From positions 5,766,001 to 5,830,000 of the forward strand of contig NC_043010.1 in assembly GCF_006345805.1 (NCBI RefSeq): 64,000 bases of DNA. Direction: 5' to 3'. The position numbers were made by a program, and so were the translations under genes. The stretch comes from Octopus sinensis. Lineage: Eukaryota. The notes under the pieces were generated by a model. That model did not search any database and was not told the origin of the DNA. It saw only the letters and a list, made by a program, of their open reading frames with translations. Positions 13,195 to 26,559 of the stretch are shown in pieces (position 1 is the stretch's first letter; each line of letters starts with the position of its first letter).

Positions 13195-13380
13195 AAAAGC
13201 ACCCACTACACTCATGGAGTGGTTGGCGTTAGGAAGGGCATTCAGCTGTAGAAACACTGCCAGATCAGACTGGGCCTGGTGCAGCCTCCTGGCTTTCCAG
13301 ACCCCAATCGAACCGTCCAACCCATGCTAGCATGGAAAGCGGATTCTAACGATGATGATGATGATGATGATGATGATGAT
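13195..13380 (+). mobile_element. RTE 3'-end fragment (family C)
   Basis: gtaaaaagcacccactacactc...ggaagggcat...catgctagcatggaaagcgg followed by (GAT)n. Confidence 0.85.
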
Positions 13381-13489
13381 ATATATATACATGCATGTAT
13401 ATATGTATATACATTTATGTGTAAATATAACTTTATGTAGTTTTAATTTGTTTTATATTCAGCATTAATAGGTTTAGGAGTGGGATAGG

Positions 13490-14292
13490 TGAAGGCATAG
13501 CTTGTATGGTAAGAAGTTTATTTCCCAACCACTTGGCATTTTAGTTCAGTCCCACTGCATGACAACTTGGACAAATGTCTTTTGCTAGAGCCCTGAGCCG
13601 AGCAATCCATTCAGAGTGGATTTAATAGATGAAAACTGAAAGAAGCCCAGAAGCCCATTACATGCATGTATGTGTGTGTGTGTGTGTGTGTGTGCAGGTA
13701 CATGTGCATGTATGTGTATGTATGCTTGCATGTGTGTAACTGCTTCCTTGCTTTGGATCTTTTTGATAGTTGCATTCTAGTGTCACCATTAGGCAAGCAG
13801 TGTTCATTTCTGGTCATGGGGAAATGTTACCTTACTTGAAAACAGGCGAGGTCTAGTGACAAAGTTATTCATTTACAATCATCTGTGAAAAAACGTGTCT
13901 AATTATGGGAAAATACTAACTTGTTTAGGAACAGGTGAGGTTTGCAGCAGGAAGGGCATCCATCTGTAGAAAATCTGCCTCAACAAACTCTGTCCAACGC
14001 ATGCAAGTATGAAAAATTGGACATTAACCCTTTCATTACCAACCCCGGCTTAAACCGGTTCTGGCTCTGAGTACAAATATCTTGTTTTCATAAGTTTTGA
14101 ATTAAAATCTTCCACCAAACCTTAGTCACAATTTATGTTCCTAACACTAGCTGAATGATAACTAAGTTATTTTACTAAATTCTTTGTTATATTTTAAAGT
14201 AATTGAAAGAAACACAGAGCATCTCAAAATAAATACAGTAACGAAAGGGTTAAAGTGATGAAGACAACGATGATGACGACGATGATGATGAT
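13490..14292 (+). mobile_element. older SINE: family-A-like head, microsatellite, and alternative tail ending in an RTE-type (GAT)n end
   Basis: Same layout at 34845-35335 and 58975-59290. Confidence 0.6.
14028..14249. mobile_element. piggyBac-type MITE (opposite orientation to 5223)
   Basis: TTAA TSDs at 14024-14027 and 14250-14253; CCCTTTCRTTAC TIRs. Confidence 0.9.
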
Positions 14293-15754
14293 GAGGAGGA
14301 GGAGGAGGATTCATTTATTGCAGCAATATTAATTATTTAATGCAACTAAACTTGTGGTAACTAACAAAAAGTGTCAGTATTAAAGCAATATACAAGAGCA
14401 TTTTGATTCGAACAAAATTATTCTCAAAACCTAGGCTTCATAACAAGTTGCTTGGTTTTTACTCTTATGCAGCTCTTGTTTTGCTTTTAGGCTGATATTA
14501 TAATTTCTTTCCCTCTCTCTTTCTCCCCAATTCTCTCTGTCACTCGATGTGTTTATAGTGTTTATATATATATGTATCTTTGTATGTATATATCTGTAGG
14601 TATATATATTTAGAGAGAGAAACAATGAGGGGAAAAAGAGAGCGAAAAGAATGAGCAACTGTAATTGGGCAAAAATCGATTTTTGTTTTACACTTTGCCT
14701 AAGGTAATTAATTCCCATGTTATATTTCATAATTCTTAGAAATAATTTGAAGTAATTTAAAATGAACATAAATTTTCTATTATTACATTAATGACCTTTT
14801 TTTTTTCTGCTACAACGTAATTTAACTAGTTATTACAACATTTAAATTTTTTATGAAAATATTTACACTTTAAATTTTATATATTAAAATTACAACATTC
14901 CCCCGATAAAGGAGAACTGTTATTCATTTACATTTATTAAATATTTTTATTCTGTCATTTTTATTTAATAATCAATTCTTCTTTAGCAAGCATAGCCATT
15001 GAGCATTTTTCATTTTCATTTTTTATAAACTAGTGTAGAAAGGTGTCAAATTTCATGGGTATTTCAATGCTATTTGAATTTTCTTTACAGTTATGAAATT
15101 ATTTGATAATATTTAATTTAAGGAGCAAAGAGCAAATGCATAAATTTTATTTCGCTTTTTCTTTTATTTTAAGATTTATATCATCTTGCACAATTTCATT
15201 AAAAAATACTTGTTATAAACAAAAATGATAAAAACAATTATATTCCCTTAGTTGATAACCATGGCATCGTGCTCAGCTTCTTAATAGAAGATGAATAATA
15301 TTTGGCTTATATCTTGAAGATTTAATTTGACTTGGAGTTTCTTTGAGTGGTTTTACAAGACAGGATCCCTGGTTCTAAAAAGTAACATACATATTTTGTG
15401 GCATAACTGATTCTGATAGGGAGTGAGAAAGAGGAGGATCAATACCCCAATACTTGACTGATACCCTAGTTATTGATTCCTGAAATAACAAAAAACAAAG
15501 GTGACCTTGGAAGAATTTGAACTCAAAATAAATACTGCAACCCATTCTATATGAAACTCTGACAAGTCTGATAATTCACTACTTTTCCAATCTTCTATCC
15601 TTCATTTGTCTTTTGTTTTTAAGTAGAAAACTTGAAGGTGGATAACTTTTATTTTATAGTGTGTGCTACTGGAGCTCTGAATGTCATTCTGTTAACTCCG
15701 AGGTTGACTAATATGTTAAGGACTTGTTTGTAATAACTAATATGTTAAGGACTT

Positions 15755-16151
15755 ACTCTTTTACTCTTTTACTTGTTTCAGTCATTTGACTGCGGCCATG
15801 CTGGAGCACCGCCTTTAATCGAGCAACTCGATCCCGGGACTTATTCTTTTGTAAGCCCAGTACTTATGCTATCGGTCTCTTTTGCCGAACCGCTAAGTGA
15901 CGGGGACATAAACACACCAGCATCGGTTGTCAAGCAATGCTAGGGGGACCAACACAGACACACAAACACACACACGCATACATATATACGACGGGCTTCT
16001 TTCAGTTTTCGTCTACCAAATCCACTCACAAGGCTTTGGTTGGCCCGAGGCTATAATAGAAGACACCTGCCCAAGGTGCCACGCAGTGGGACTGAACCCG
16101 GAACCATGTGGCTGGTAAACAAGCTACTTACCACACAGCCACTCCTGCGCC
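15755..16151 (-). mobile_element. SINE family A
   Basis: Consensus match; 16-bp TSD cttgtttgtaataact. Confidence 0.9.
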
Positions 16152-16519
16152 TTGTTTGTAATAACTTTTAATAAAACACACTTTTGTGTGAAGAAATATA
16201 AAAGGTATAAGTATAACGTGAAGTATGAGGAGTTAATGGGTTCTGTATGCAAGCCTCAAATACTTGCAACATAAACTTTTCATGCTAGATATACACTGCT
16301 TTCATAAACAGAAACCTTAAGAACATCCTTAAATAGGAACACAAAAACACAGTCACTACATATGTGATGTATTGAATGTGGTGCTCTAGCATGGCTTTCA
16401 TTGTGATGTCTAAGTCAAATTAAAAAACATATTAAGGAAATAGTATTGTGTGTCATTCTTTCTTATCATCAACAACATAATTAAAGCCTTTAAACTTGCT
16501 ACAAATATTAGGCCTCCAC

Positions 16520-16684
16520 CAGTGCCATCTTAAAGTATGGGCATGCAGGGTAGTTGCCTGGGTCTAATTCTGATCTATGTGTGCTATGGCTTGCTGTCTA
16601 TAAATAAATACTATAAATACTATAAATACATTGTCCAGGACAATGATTTTCCCAGAGGTCTAAAATGCTGCTAAGACAGCCCTG
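16520..16684. mobile_element. hAT-type MITE (decayed)
   Basis: TIRs CAGTGCCATCTTAA / CTAAGACAGCCCTG; 8-bp flanks gcctccac/gccccaac match at 6 of 8. Confidence 0.6.
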
Positions 16685-16733
16685 GCCCCAACAATTCAAG
16701 AATTAGCATTCAAAAATGTTACAATTTTTTTAC

Positions 16734-16869
16734 TTAGTTATCATGTCTCTTTTAATCAAGAGCACAAGACGTTTTGTAGAAGGGATTTTTAAACTTCTTA
16801 AATTTATAAATTCTGTATCAGAAACAGTGTTTAAAATATATTTGGTAACTAACATAGAGGGACCAGTGT
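16734..16869 (-). CDS. candidate exon (D)TGPSMLVTKYILNTVSDTEFINLRSLKIPSTKRLVLLIKRDMIT
   Basis: Acceptor gttcttcag|, donor TAA|gtaaaa, 44 open codons. The plus strand is also open with plausible splice sites, so the strand is ambiguous. Confidence 0.2.
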
Positions 16870-17320
16870 CTGAAGAACTTAGTAATGATTGCATTAGTTT
16901 AAATTAGACCACTGAAACCAACCAAAGTACCTCTATTCTGTATTCTCTCTTTTCGTAGAGTTAGATAACCTCTTTCTTGTGTTATTATCATCATCATCGT
17001 TTAGCGTCCGTTTTCCATGCTAGCATGGGTTGATACACAGGAAACAACTATTTCCTTGGATGGGAAGAAAAAACATTGTTTCATGTGTAACTTTTCCTAC
17101 AAGCAAGATTGAATTGTAAATCAAGGAATCATTTAATTTCAGTATTTACAATATTCACAATATACTACACTGTAGCACTACATAGAAGTAAATGAACTTG
17201 GCTTTAGTAAGCTAAATGTCATAAACCTCTTTTACACATATTAGTATTAATATTATCGGTTGCTCACTTCACCAGTCTCCCATTGATTCCACCATTGGGA
17301 AACACAATTGTTATTTTCAA

Positions 17321-17532
17321 ATTTTGTCACAGGTCCAGTAAGTTCAAGGAAATGGAGTAAGTCGATTATATCAACTCATATCAGCCCCAGTATTCAACTA
17401 GTACTTACTTTATCAACTCCAAAAGGATGAAAGGTAAAGTCGACCTTGGTGGAATTTGAACTCAGAACAAAGATGGACGAAATGTTACTAAACATTTTGC
17501 CCAGAATGCAAGCGATTCTGCCAGCTCACCCA
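17321..17532 (-). mobile_element. SINE family B, diverged
   Basis: Contains aaaggatgaaaggtaaagtcgacc...gaatttgaactcagaac...gccagctc. Confidence 0.75.
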
Positions 17533-17796
17533 CTTTTATAATACATCTGTATTGCAACATAAAACACCTTCAGCTTCATATATAATTCAAAGTTAGATTA
17601 CGAGCATAGAAAAACTGAACAGCATTCTAAATTAAGATTATCTTAAAAACTAATTCTCTTGCTTTTAATCACTCTGTGCCATACAGGACATTGATCCAGC
17701 CATGCCCACCATGTTCTATGGTTGTTTTGGATAGCTTTTGTGATGTGCTGGATGCAAAGTGCTTACTAGCCCCAAGCTCAAACCAACTCCATTTCT

Positions 17797-17836
<40 letters not shown>

Positions 17837-18559
17837 CTGCATGATCTTCTCACAGCATCATGTTGCTCATTCTGTGAGAGAGAGAGAGAGAGAGTGTGTG
17901 TGTGTGTATGTGTGTGTGTGTGTGTGATAATCACCGCAGTACTTTACTGGTACTTTATTGATTGATCCCAAAATGATGAAGATCAAATTCGATATTGGTT
18001 TTGGTGGGATTTGAACTCAGAATGCCAAGAGTTATAAAAGCCAGAACAATTGCAGTAACACATTTGTTTGATTGTTCTCACAATTCTGCCAGTTGACCGT
18101 CTTCCGGAATCCAGCAGCAGGAAAGTATTGGTGGAAGTGGAAGAACAGTGGTATTTCATAACAACCAGATAGTTACCTAAAACTTGTGTAGGGTGAGGAA
18201 TTAGATTCCTTTCATTCTTAATCAGTAATCAAGACAAACAATTAATGAGATCTAATAGCGGGATTTGCACTTCAAACATAAATACCCAAGTTGTTGTTGT
18301 CGTTGTCAATAAGAGATGAATACGAAAATTATTTATTAGCTTTCAGCAAGAACGCTAAAAGGGTTTTGATACAGTTTCGGAAACGCTAAAATCCTTAGGA
18401 TAATCAGGGAATAGTTGCAGAGTTAATCCCCTTAATTATTTAAATCAATACCATTTCTTATTACTCATTGCTTTAACATCATCATTATAACCATCATCAC
18501 TATTGTCACTTTCGTCATCATCATCATCATCATCATCATTATTATTATTATTATTATTA

Positions 18560-18607
<48 letters not shown>

Positions 18608-18874
18608 GCAGCTGTAATAAATGTTAGAGTGTTGAGAGAGGAAAAATGATAGGGATTAAGACTAAAGCTAAAATGTGTGTCTCTGGCTTCCTAATTCTAA
18701 GATATTACTCATTTCTGGCTGTTAAAACAAATATATTAAGTGATAAAAGCAGAAGAAGAATAATAAGGTTTAAGTGTGAAATGACTGGATATGAAGAGAG
18801 ATCTTTATTTCCCTCACACCACCGAAGTTAGGCTCAAATGTCATGGCAAGGAAATACGATTAAGCTAAAAATTA

Positions 18875-19267
18875 TTTTCTTATTCTTTTATTTGTTTCAG
18901 TCATTTGATTGTGGCCGTGCTGGAGTACTACCTTTAGTTAAACAAATCAACCCCAGGACTTATTCATTGTAAACCTAGTACTTATTTCTATTGGTCTCTT
19001 TTGCCAAACTGCGAAGTTACAGGGACATAAACACACCAGCATTGGTTGTCAAGCAATGGTGGGGGGAGAAACACAGACACACAAACATATATACACACAC
19101 AAACATATATACGGCAGGCTTCTTTCAGTTTCCATCTACCAGATCCACTCACAGGCTTTGGTTGGCCTGAGGTTATAGTAGAAGGCACTTGCCCAAGGTG
19201 CCATGCAGTGGGACTGAACATGGAACCATGAGGTTGGTAAGCAAGCTACTTACCACACAGCCACTCT
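18875..19267 (-). mobile_element. SINE family A, older copy
   Basis: Consensus match with CpG decay. Confidence 0.85.
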
Positions 19268-19374
19268 GGTACAAAAAATATATTTTCAAGGCTTTGCTTT
19301 GTTTAGTGCTATTGAGGAAGAAATATTTAACAAAAAATAAACCTTTTAAAAAATAATAACAATAATAATGGTTC

Positions 19375-19980
19375 CAAATTTTGACACTAGGCCACAAATT
19401 TTTTTTTTTTTGGTGGGGGAGGGTGCTAGTAGATTACATTGACCCCAGTGTTCAACTGATATTTGATTTATCAACCCTGAAAGAATGAAATACAAAGTTG
19501 ACCTTGGCGGAATTTGAACCCAGAACATGCAGACAGATGGAATATTGCTAAGCATTTTGCCTGGTGTGCTAACAATTCTGTGAGATGGGGGAAGGGGCAT
19601 TAAATGTTTCTTTAAGAAAAATTCAACTTTAAAAAAATATATATTTCCCAGATTCATAACCTCTGTATTTTTCTACATGGATAAAAAAAAAAAAAAACGA
19701 AATTAAAAAAAAGTTACAAATTACGAAATTGCAGTAGGGACAAGGGAAAGTAAAATTTTGAAAATGTGATTTCTGGGCAATACCAATGTTTTAAAGGCAG
19801 CGAGCTGGCAGAATCATTAGCATGCTGGAAAAAATGCTTAACAGCATTTTCTCTGCCTTTTGAATTTGAGTTCCAATTTCACCAAAGTTGATTTTGCTTT
19901 TCATCCTTTCAGGGGGGGTCGATGTATTTGACTCATCTATTCCCTTGAACTTGCTGGCCATGTACTAAAATTTGAAACCA
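19375..19980. mobile_element. two diverged SINE family B copies in inverted orientation (~19375-19580 minus, ~19794-19980 plus)
   Basis: Core and head motifs are recognisable in both. Confidence 0.7.
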
Positions 19981-21099
19981 ATATTTTAAAGACTATTATA
20001 TTACCTGTCATATTATGGGTAACTTTGGAAGTACACTTTGAACACCATGGGAAATATCAAGATGCAAGGCATACCTAAAATCATTACAATTTAACTCTTA
20101 TCAAATTACTTGGTTTTTATAGAAAAGGATGATTACATTAAATAAAATTAAATAAAACAAATTTCCCATTTGTATAACTCCTCCCATAACTACTCTGTCA
20201 TTTACTCTCTCCACTTCCCTGCTCACTTCCAAACCTAGGTTGTGCATTCATCTTGCACCTCTAATGGTCACTCTTTCTATGTTTCACTTTCACTCTCTGC
20301 TCCCTTTTTCTCTTTACAATGTAAAGTGTGACTAGAGAAATCAAAGAAGCAACCAGCCGACCAACCAACCAACCAATTATAGATATAAATATGATCTGAT
20401 AAACTGTATTTACTACCTTCAGTTTAGAAAGATTTTCATTAATCAGAGTTATTTGTTATTTGAAACAAATTTATGAACATGATTTGTATTCATTATTCTT
20501 AATGTTTGTCATTAAATATATTTCATCAGATTTCTTCTCAGGATGAATTTATAAATTTAGGAGGTTTAAAAAACAAAAATATCAAAATTTAATTTTTTTT
20601 TTTTTTTTTTTGTTAACTGTGTTACTTAGTAATGGGGATTTAATAAGAGAATAACATTTTTTTTTTACAAAGCAATTATTCTCGAAAGCTAAGTTATAAT
20701 TATTCCTTATTTAATGTCGACCAATAGAGAAATTTTCATAAATATGGTTGCAGCATTTAAATGTGTTTCTCTTATCCCAAAATTGTATATAAAAACTTGT
20801 CGTTCACATATTTTAAAGTTTTTTTTTATCTTATGTTAGCTCAAGTACAGCAACTGTTATTGATAGCTCAAGTATAACATGCCTTATTGATAGCTCAAAT
20901 ATAACATACCTGTGCTAGTATTTTATTAGAAAATTAGGGTAGCCAGTTGGTAGAATCAACTGGACAATATTGGTTTTTGTTACAATCATTTCTCTACTGT
21001 TTTTAAACCCCACCAGGATTTTCTATCCATCCTTCTAGTGTTGATAGAGTACTGGTTACGTGCTGGTCAAGGAAAAATTTATCATTCATCTAAACAAAA

Positions 21100-21215
21100 T
21101 TACAAGGAGGTATTAAAAGGTTCTCAGATTAGTTATGTTTGATAAAAAAATAACTTATTTACCTAAGCTGTAGCATCATCTCCTCCAAAATGGTCACCTT
21201 GTGCCACAATACACC
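21100..21215 (-). mobile_element. mariner 3'-end remnant
   Basis: Minus strand encodes CIVAQGDHFGGD (mariner C-terminal CxxxxGDYFE motif), followed by a TIR-like end. Confidence 0.5.
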
Positions 21216-22014
21216 AGGATAAAAGGTAAAGTTGAGCCTAGCGGAATTTGAATTCAAAACGTCAAGCGAGATGAAATACCAGAAAGCATCTCACCCAGCG
21301 GTTTGGCAAAAGGGGCCGATAGAATAAGTATTAAGCTTACAAAGAATAAGTCCTGGGGTCGATTTGCTCGACTAAAGGCAATGTTCCAGTATGCCCACAG
21401 TCAAATGACTGAAACAAGTAAAAGAATAAAACAGTATATATATATATATACACACACACAATGTCATGTAAAGCACTATAGAACACCTGTCTTTATATTT
21501 ACTATTAAGGTAATTTTTATGGATGTTATTGATGGTGAATTTCACCCAACAAACATGTGATTTTGGACTCTAGTGCACATTTTGCCTTAATAGTAAATAT
21601 CATTAGATGAGTATCTGTTACCATAGCCACAAACGGATAAAAACCCTGTGAGTGAAATTTCAAAACTGGAAACTCTGTGGAAACTTATCAGAGGGATCAT
21701 TCAAGTTTAACTCTACTACCTAGCAGCTGGTGACCTTCCTCTCTTTTGAAGAATTCAAGCTAAGTGTCCAGTTAAGAATAACTTCCTCACTTCCTAATCT
21801 TGGTATTATAGATGGTGAGCTGGTAGAATCATTAACGCACTGGACAATGTGCTTAGCGTTATTTCATCCATCTTTACATTCTAAGTTTAAAGTCCACTGA
21901 GGGTAATTGTGCTTTTCATCCTTTCAGGGTCGATAAGATAAGTACTAGTCATGTACTGGTGTCAATATAATTGATTACCCACCTTCCTCAAAATTTCAGG
22001 CCTTTATTTTTTTG

Positions 22015-22259
22015 TCGTTGTTGCCAGTACCGTCTGAGTGGCCCTCGTGCCGGTGGCACATAAAAGCACCCACTACACTCTCAGAGGGGTGTTGGTGTTA
22101 GGAAGGGCATCCAGCTGTAGAAACTCTGCCAGATCAAGATTGGAGCCTGGAGCAGCCATCTGGCTTCGCCAGTCATCAATCAAATTGTCCAACCCATGCT
22201 AGCATGGAAAGCGGACGTTAAACGATAATGATGATGATGATGGTGATGGTGATGCTGCT

Positions 22260-22290
<31 letters not shown>

Positions 22291-22322
22291 ATGATGATAA
22301 TGATGATGATGATGATGGTGAT
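22015..22322 (+). mobile_element. RTE 3'-end fragment (family C) with expanded (GAT)n tail
   Basis: Consensus match. Confidence 0.85.
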
Positions 22323-23045
22323 GAGTTTACAATAGAAAGGATTATTATAGGCCCTATAAATGTCATGGACACTAATCATTTCCTTTAGCTAAATAATAAA
22401 AAAAAAAATATTATTTCAAAAAATAAGTAAATGAAAATTCTACAAGCTTAATATCAATGTGTGTTTCACTGAAAAATATGTTGCTCTTAATAGCCAAAGA
22501 TTTGACAGTTTGAATGAGATTACACTAAAATACCTTTTTCTCATTGATTAACTTTTTAATACATTAACTTTTGTTTACAAATAGTATAAAAGATTTGAAT
22601 TTCTTTTTGTAATGAGTCTGAATTGTTTGTGAAAGGAAATATATATATTTTTTATAAATAATATTCAAAAAGTTAATTTGAATAAGAAAGAAAACAAAAA
22701 ATGCAATGAAAATTTCACAATTAAATATTTGGTCAAATGTGGTCGAGTTCTGAAAAGGTTATGTGAATTCACACTTGAATAATATTATTAAGAAAGTAAG
22801 GCAGCTAAACCATTGCAGCCAATATTTTTGTTGATGACACAAGAAAGATGAGTTTTAGAAACAGCATTCATAGATGGGAATAAATCAATAAGTGATGCTT
22901 GGGAGTTAGATTTTTAGAAACTTTTATTGAATGCATCCTGATTAGCTAGATGTAAATCGAATAGTAATGATGACGATGACGGCGACGATGACGATGATGG
23001 TGTAGGTGGTGGTGGTGGTGGTGGTGGTGGTGATGGTGGTGGTGG

Positions 23046-23101
<56 letters not shown>

Positions 23102-23595
23102 GTAAATTCTGAAACATATCTGATTCTAAGAGGAAAGGAATAAGTTGCTACAATAAATAAAGATTTTCTTGATTAAGGAGTACTATATGCAGCTGTTACC
23201 AGTAGGAAAGTGCTAGAAATAGAAGGTAAAGAGAGATAGAGAAACACAGAGATAGAATAATACATCGAAAAGCAAAAGGGATAGAGAATCTGAGAGACAG
23301 AAAGAGAACTATTTGCCTGAGGTCAGTTAGATAAAGATAGTTTTACTCTAAAGATAATGCCTGCACAGCTGCTACAGATGCATTGATAGTAAGCTTATTA
23401 TCATAGCTTTGAAGCAGCAATGCAAAATAGAGATGGAGCAAGTATAACGATGCATGAATTATTATATCTTACAAAAGGCATGGACACATTTCAAAGTGTG
23501 GTTTAGTGGGGATTGCAGCCAACCACAATCAAATCATAATCAAAGAGACAAGAAATATGTGAAAGTAGAATGTCAAACAGCCTGATGAAAATTAC

Positions 23596-23659
23596 CTCTT
23601 CTGGTAAATGTCTAATACCAACAGAAGCCTAAGATTATTCTTAGATTGTCTCTGAAATT
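23596..23659 (-). CDS. candidate exon (E)FQRQSKNNLRLLLVLDIYQK
   Basis: Strong acceptor ttttcctttcacgtgttatctcttag|, donor GAG|gtaatt, one open frame. Confidence 0.25.
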
Positions 23660-24232
23660 CTAAGAGATAACACGTGAAAGGAAAAAAAAATATGAATTAC
23701 TGATGAATACATGATTACGGATCTGAGAAAAAGACCGTGAATAGTTGAAAATATCAGGTTGTAATTTAGAATCAATGCTGAGAGAAATTCGTTTTCATTA
23801 AAATAACTATGGATTTCCCTTTAGCTGCCTTGTGTAGAAATAATGAGAAATTTGTGCTCTTTTGTAGATACTGGGCATTTTGAGGATAAGTAATTCTGTG
23901 GATGTATATGGTTGAAGGAATTGTTGAGTATTAATAACGAACTGATTAAATAATTATTTTCGATGAAAATGTCGTCATGGTTGTCTTATTGTAAATGTTA
24001 AATACATTAATAACTGAATGGAACAAGAATTACACCTAAATTAATGAAACAAAAATTCTACCTAAATAATACCTAGAAAATATTGGAAAATGAAAATCTT
24101 CTTGACATTATTAAATTTAATAATATTCTAGAATAGTAAACCCTTCAAGGGGTAGTAAGTAAAACAAAGCAGTCAAGTTCTCTTGCATTTAAAATTCTTG
24201 ATACATGTACAAATTTGACTGAGAAAAAAAAC

Positions 24233-24326
24233 CTGTGTATGTTTTTGAAAGAGCAAAACTCAATATTAATGGTATTTTCTGCTACCATTAAGATTTCATC
24301 TGTTACAGCATTACATACTTCAGTGT
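24233..24326 (-). CDS. candidate exon (D)TEVCNAVTDEILMVAENTINIEFCSFKNIH
   Basis: Acceptor ttctttcattttag|, weak donor CAG|gttttt, one open frame. Confidence 0.25.
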
Positions 24327-25423
24327 CTAAAATGAAAGAACATACTGAAGAGTAGAGAGTACTCTTTAGTCTTACAGATAACAAGACAACCCCACTTGTG
24401 CTAGTGCCACAATAAAATGCACCCAGAACACTCTCTAAAGTGCTTAGGGAATGAGAGGACATAGCATAGGGGTGAGAGGACCTTTAAGTTTTTCTGAGGA
24501 TGTGACAACTTCTCTACTGATGGTGCCATGATAAAATATGCCCAGTACATTCTGTATAGTGACTAATTGTGAGAAGGTATTCAACAGCAGAAAAAACATG
24601 CCAAAAAAGTGAGACTAACAAATGAAATGTGGTCAGCCAACCTATCAAGATGAGCATCAACTCCAGACAACTGACTGTGACACTGACAATCCATCTAACT
24701 CATACAAGCATGAAAAGTAGTTGTAAAAATTATGACATTAATGGTGATGGTGATAGTGGTGGTGGTGGTGGTGGTATTGATGGGGATGATGATGATAACA
24801 AGAATGATAATTACAATGAAAAAGATGATGATGTTGACACGGCGACGACGACAACGATGGCAGTAACAATGATGATGATGATGATGATGATGATGATGGT
24901 GATGGTGATGGTGATGGTGATGAAGATGAAGAAGAGGAAAAGTGTCTTAAATGAATATAGAATAAGAATGAAATTCTTGATATACCTTTTATTTCTCATC
25001 CATGATATTCCTCATTCCACAATATTTATAAACTTGGTTTATTCTAAAGATTCATGCCAATACATTAAATTATTGAAGGTAATGTAAATTGGGAGGGAAA
25101 AAATACAGAGTAACAGTAAACCATAAAAAAAAGTAGTAAGTTTAAGGTTTTCTACAAGACAAAGTTTAAGAGATAGTGAAAGTAGAGTTTTTAAAATGCG
25201 ATTAATGGAGCAGAAGTAGATTTAATGCCTACATGTGAATTTCTAGGCCATATTATTCTCTTCTCAACTTCTATAACACACACAAAAAGAAAGGAAGAAA
25301 AAGCTCTTAAGAGCATGTTGAAATTCAACAACTGGAACCTAGTTACTGGGCTGGCTGTGTCACATAAAAGCACTATAGCATATGTCTATAAAAAGAAGCT
25401 CATTAAATGATGTGTGTATAGAG

Positions 25424-25624
25424 CAGTGCTTTTCAACCTTTTTGCTGGAGCAGAACCCCAAGGAAACATTCCACTTGCTTGAGGAACCCCTGTGCAATAA
25501 TTTAATAGTCTTATGCACACATATCTGCACAGGAGAATTAAAAATTACTGTCGACTTTAGCATTTTTGTCACTTCTTGCGGAACCCCTGGACTGTACTGG
25601 CGGAACCCTGGTTGAAAACCACTG
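25424..25624. mobile_element. hAT (Charlie-like) MITE
   Basis: TIR CAGTGCTTTTCAACC / GGTTGAAAACCACTG; 8-bp TSD gtatagag/gtatagaa. Confidence 0.85.
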
Positions 25625-26050
25625 GTATAGAATGATCTACTTGATTATGATTTATTGGGTAGACTGAATTCTTATGTTCATTCATTTAACATCTGTATTT
25701 TCTGTGCTAGCATTGGTTAGAGAGGTACTGTATGAGACAACATTTTGCAACTAGATGTTTTTCTTGTTGTTATCCCCCTTCTGGTTTCCCATGCAAAGGA
25801 CATTTTTATTTTAATGATTATAATGCCAACAAGAAATGTAAACAATATATCATCATTTTGCCCAAGCAGTGGAAAGCAAACCCATCGAATGTCAACAGCT
25901 GAGTAAACACACACACACACACATACACTTTACTCTTCTTTATATCGCCTGTGAAAAACATAAATCTGAAAGAAGAAGCACACTCTAAGATATAGAGCAG
26001 TATATATTAAAAATGGGGAAGGCCAGTAATCCTATAACCAGCCTTCCCCA

Positions 26051-26123
<73 letters not shown>

Positions 26124-26559
26124 GCTTCCATACAGTTTCCATGTACCAAATTTACTGACAAGACATTGGTTAATCTGGGATCATAGTAGAAGGCACCTGC
26201 CCAAGGTGCCACACAGTGGGACTGAACCCAAAACCATGTGGTTACAAAGCAAGCTTTTTAGCCACACAGCCATGCCTGTGCCTACCTTCTTAACTACACA
26301 GTCATCTCTGTGCATGATTCTAAAATATCCATAATTTACTAAAGTACCAATATGGTATGCTTATGAATGCATAAATATATAAAGTTAATAGATTAAGTTT
26401 CACTATAATGTCAAACATTTATGTTCAAGTTTATTTCAGTTTTATGTTAGTATCTGACTCACATAGAGAATTTTTGGAATGTCATACCAATTTCTATTAT
26501 GCCTTATGCTTTTACAGATTGGGTGAAGTTGTTGCTTAACCCTAAGTCAGCCTTGTAGT

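Noticed and set aside
22810-22945. Coding-looking stretch on the minus strand
   Set aside because: Every acceptor/frame combination tested contains a stop; it is more likely old TE debris.
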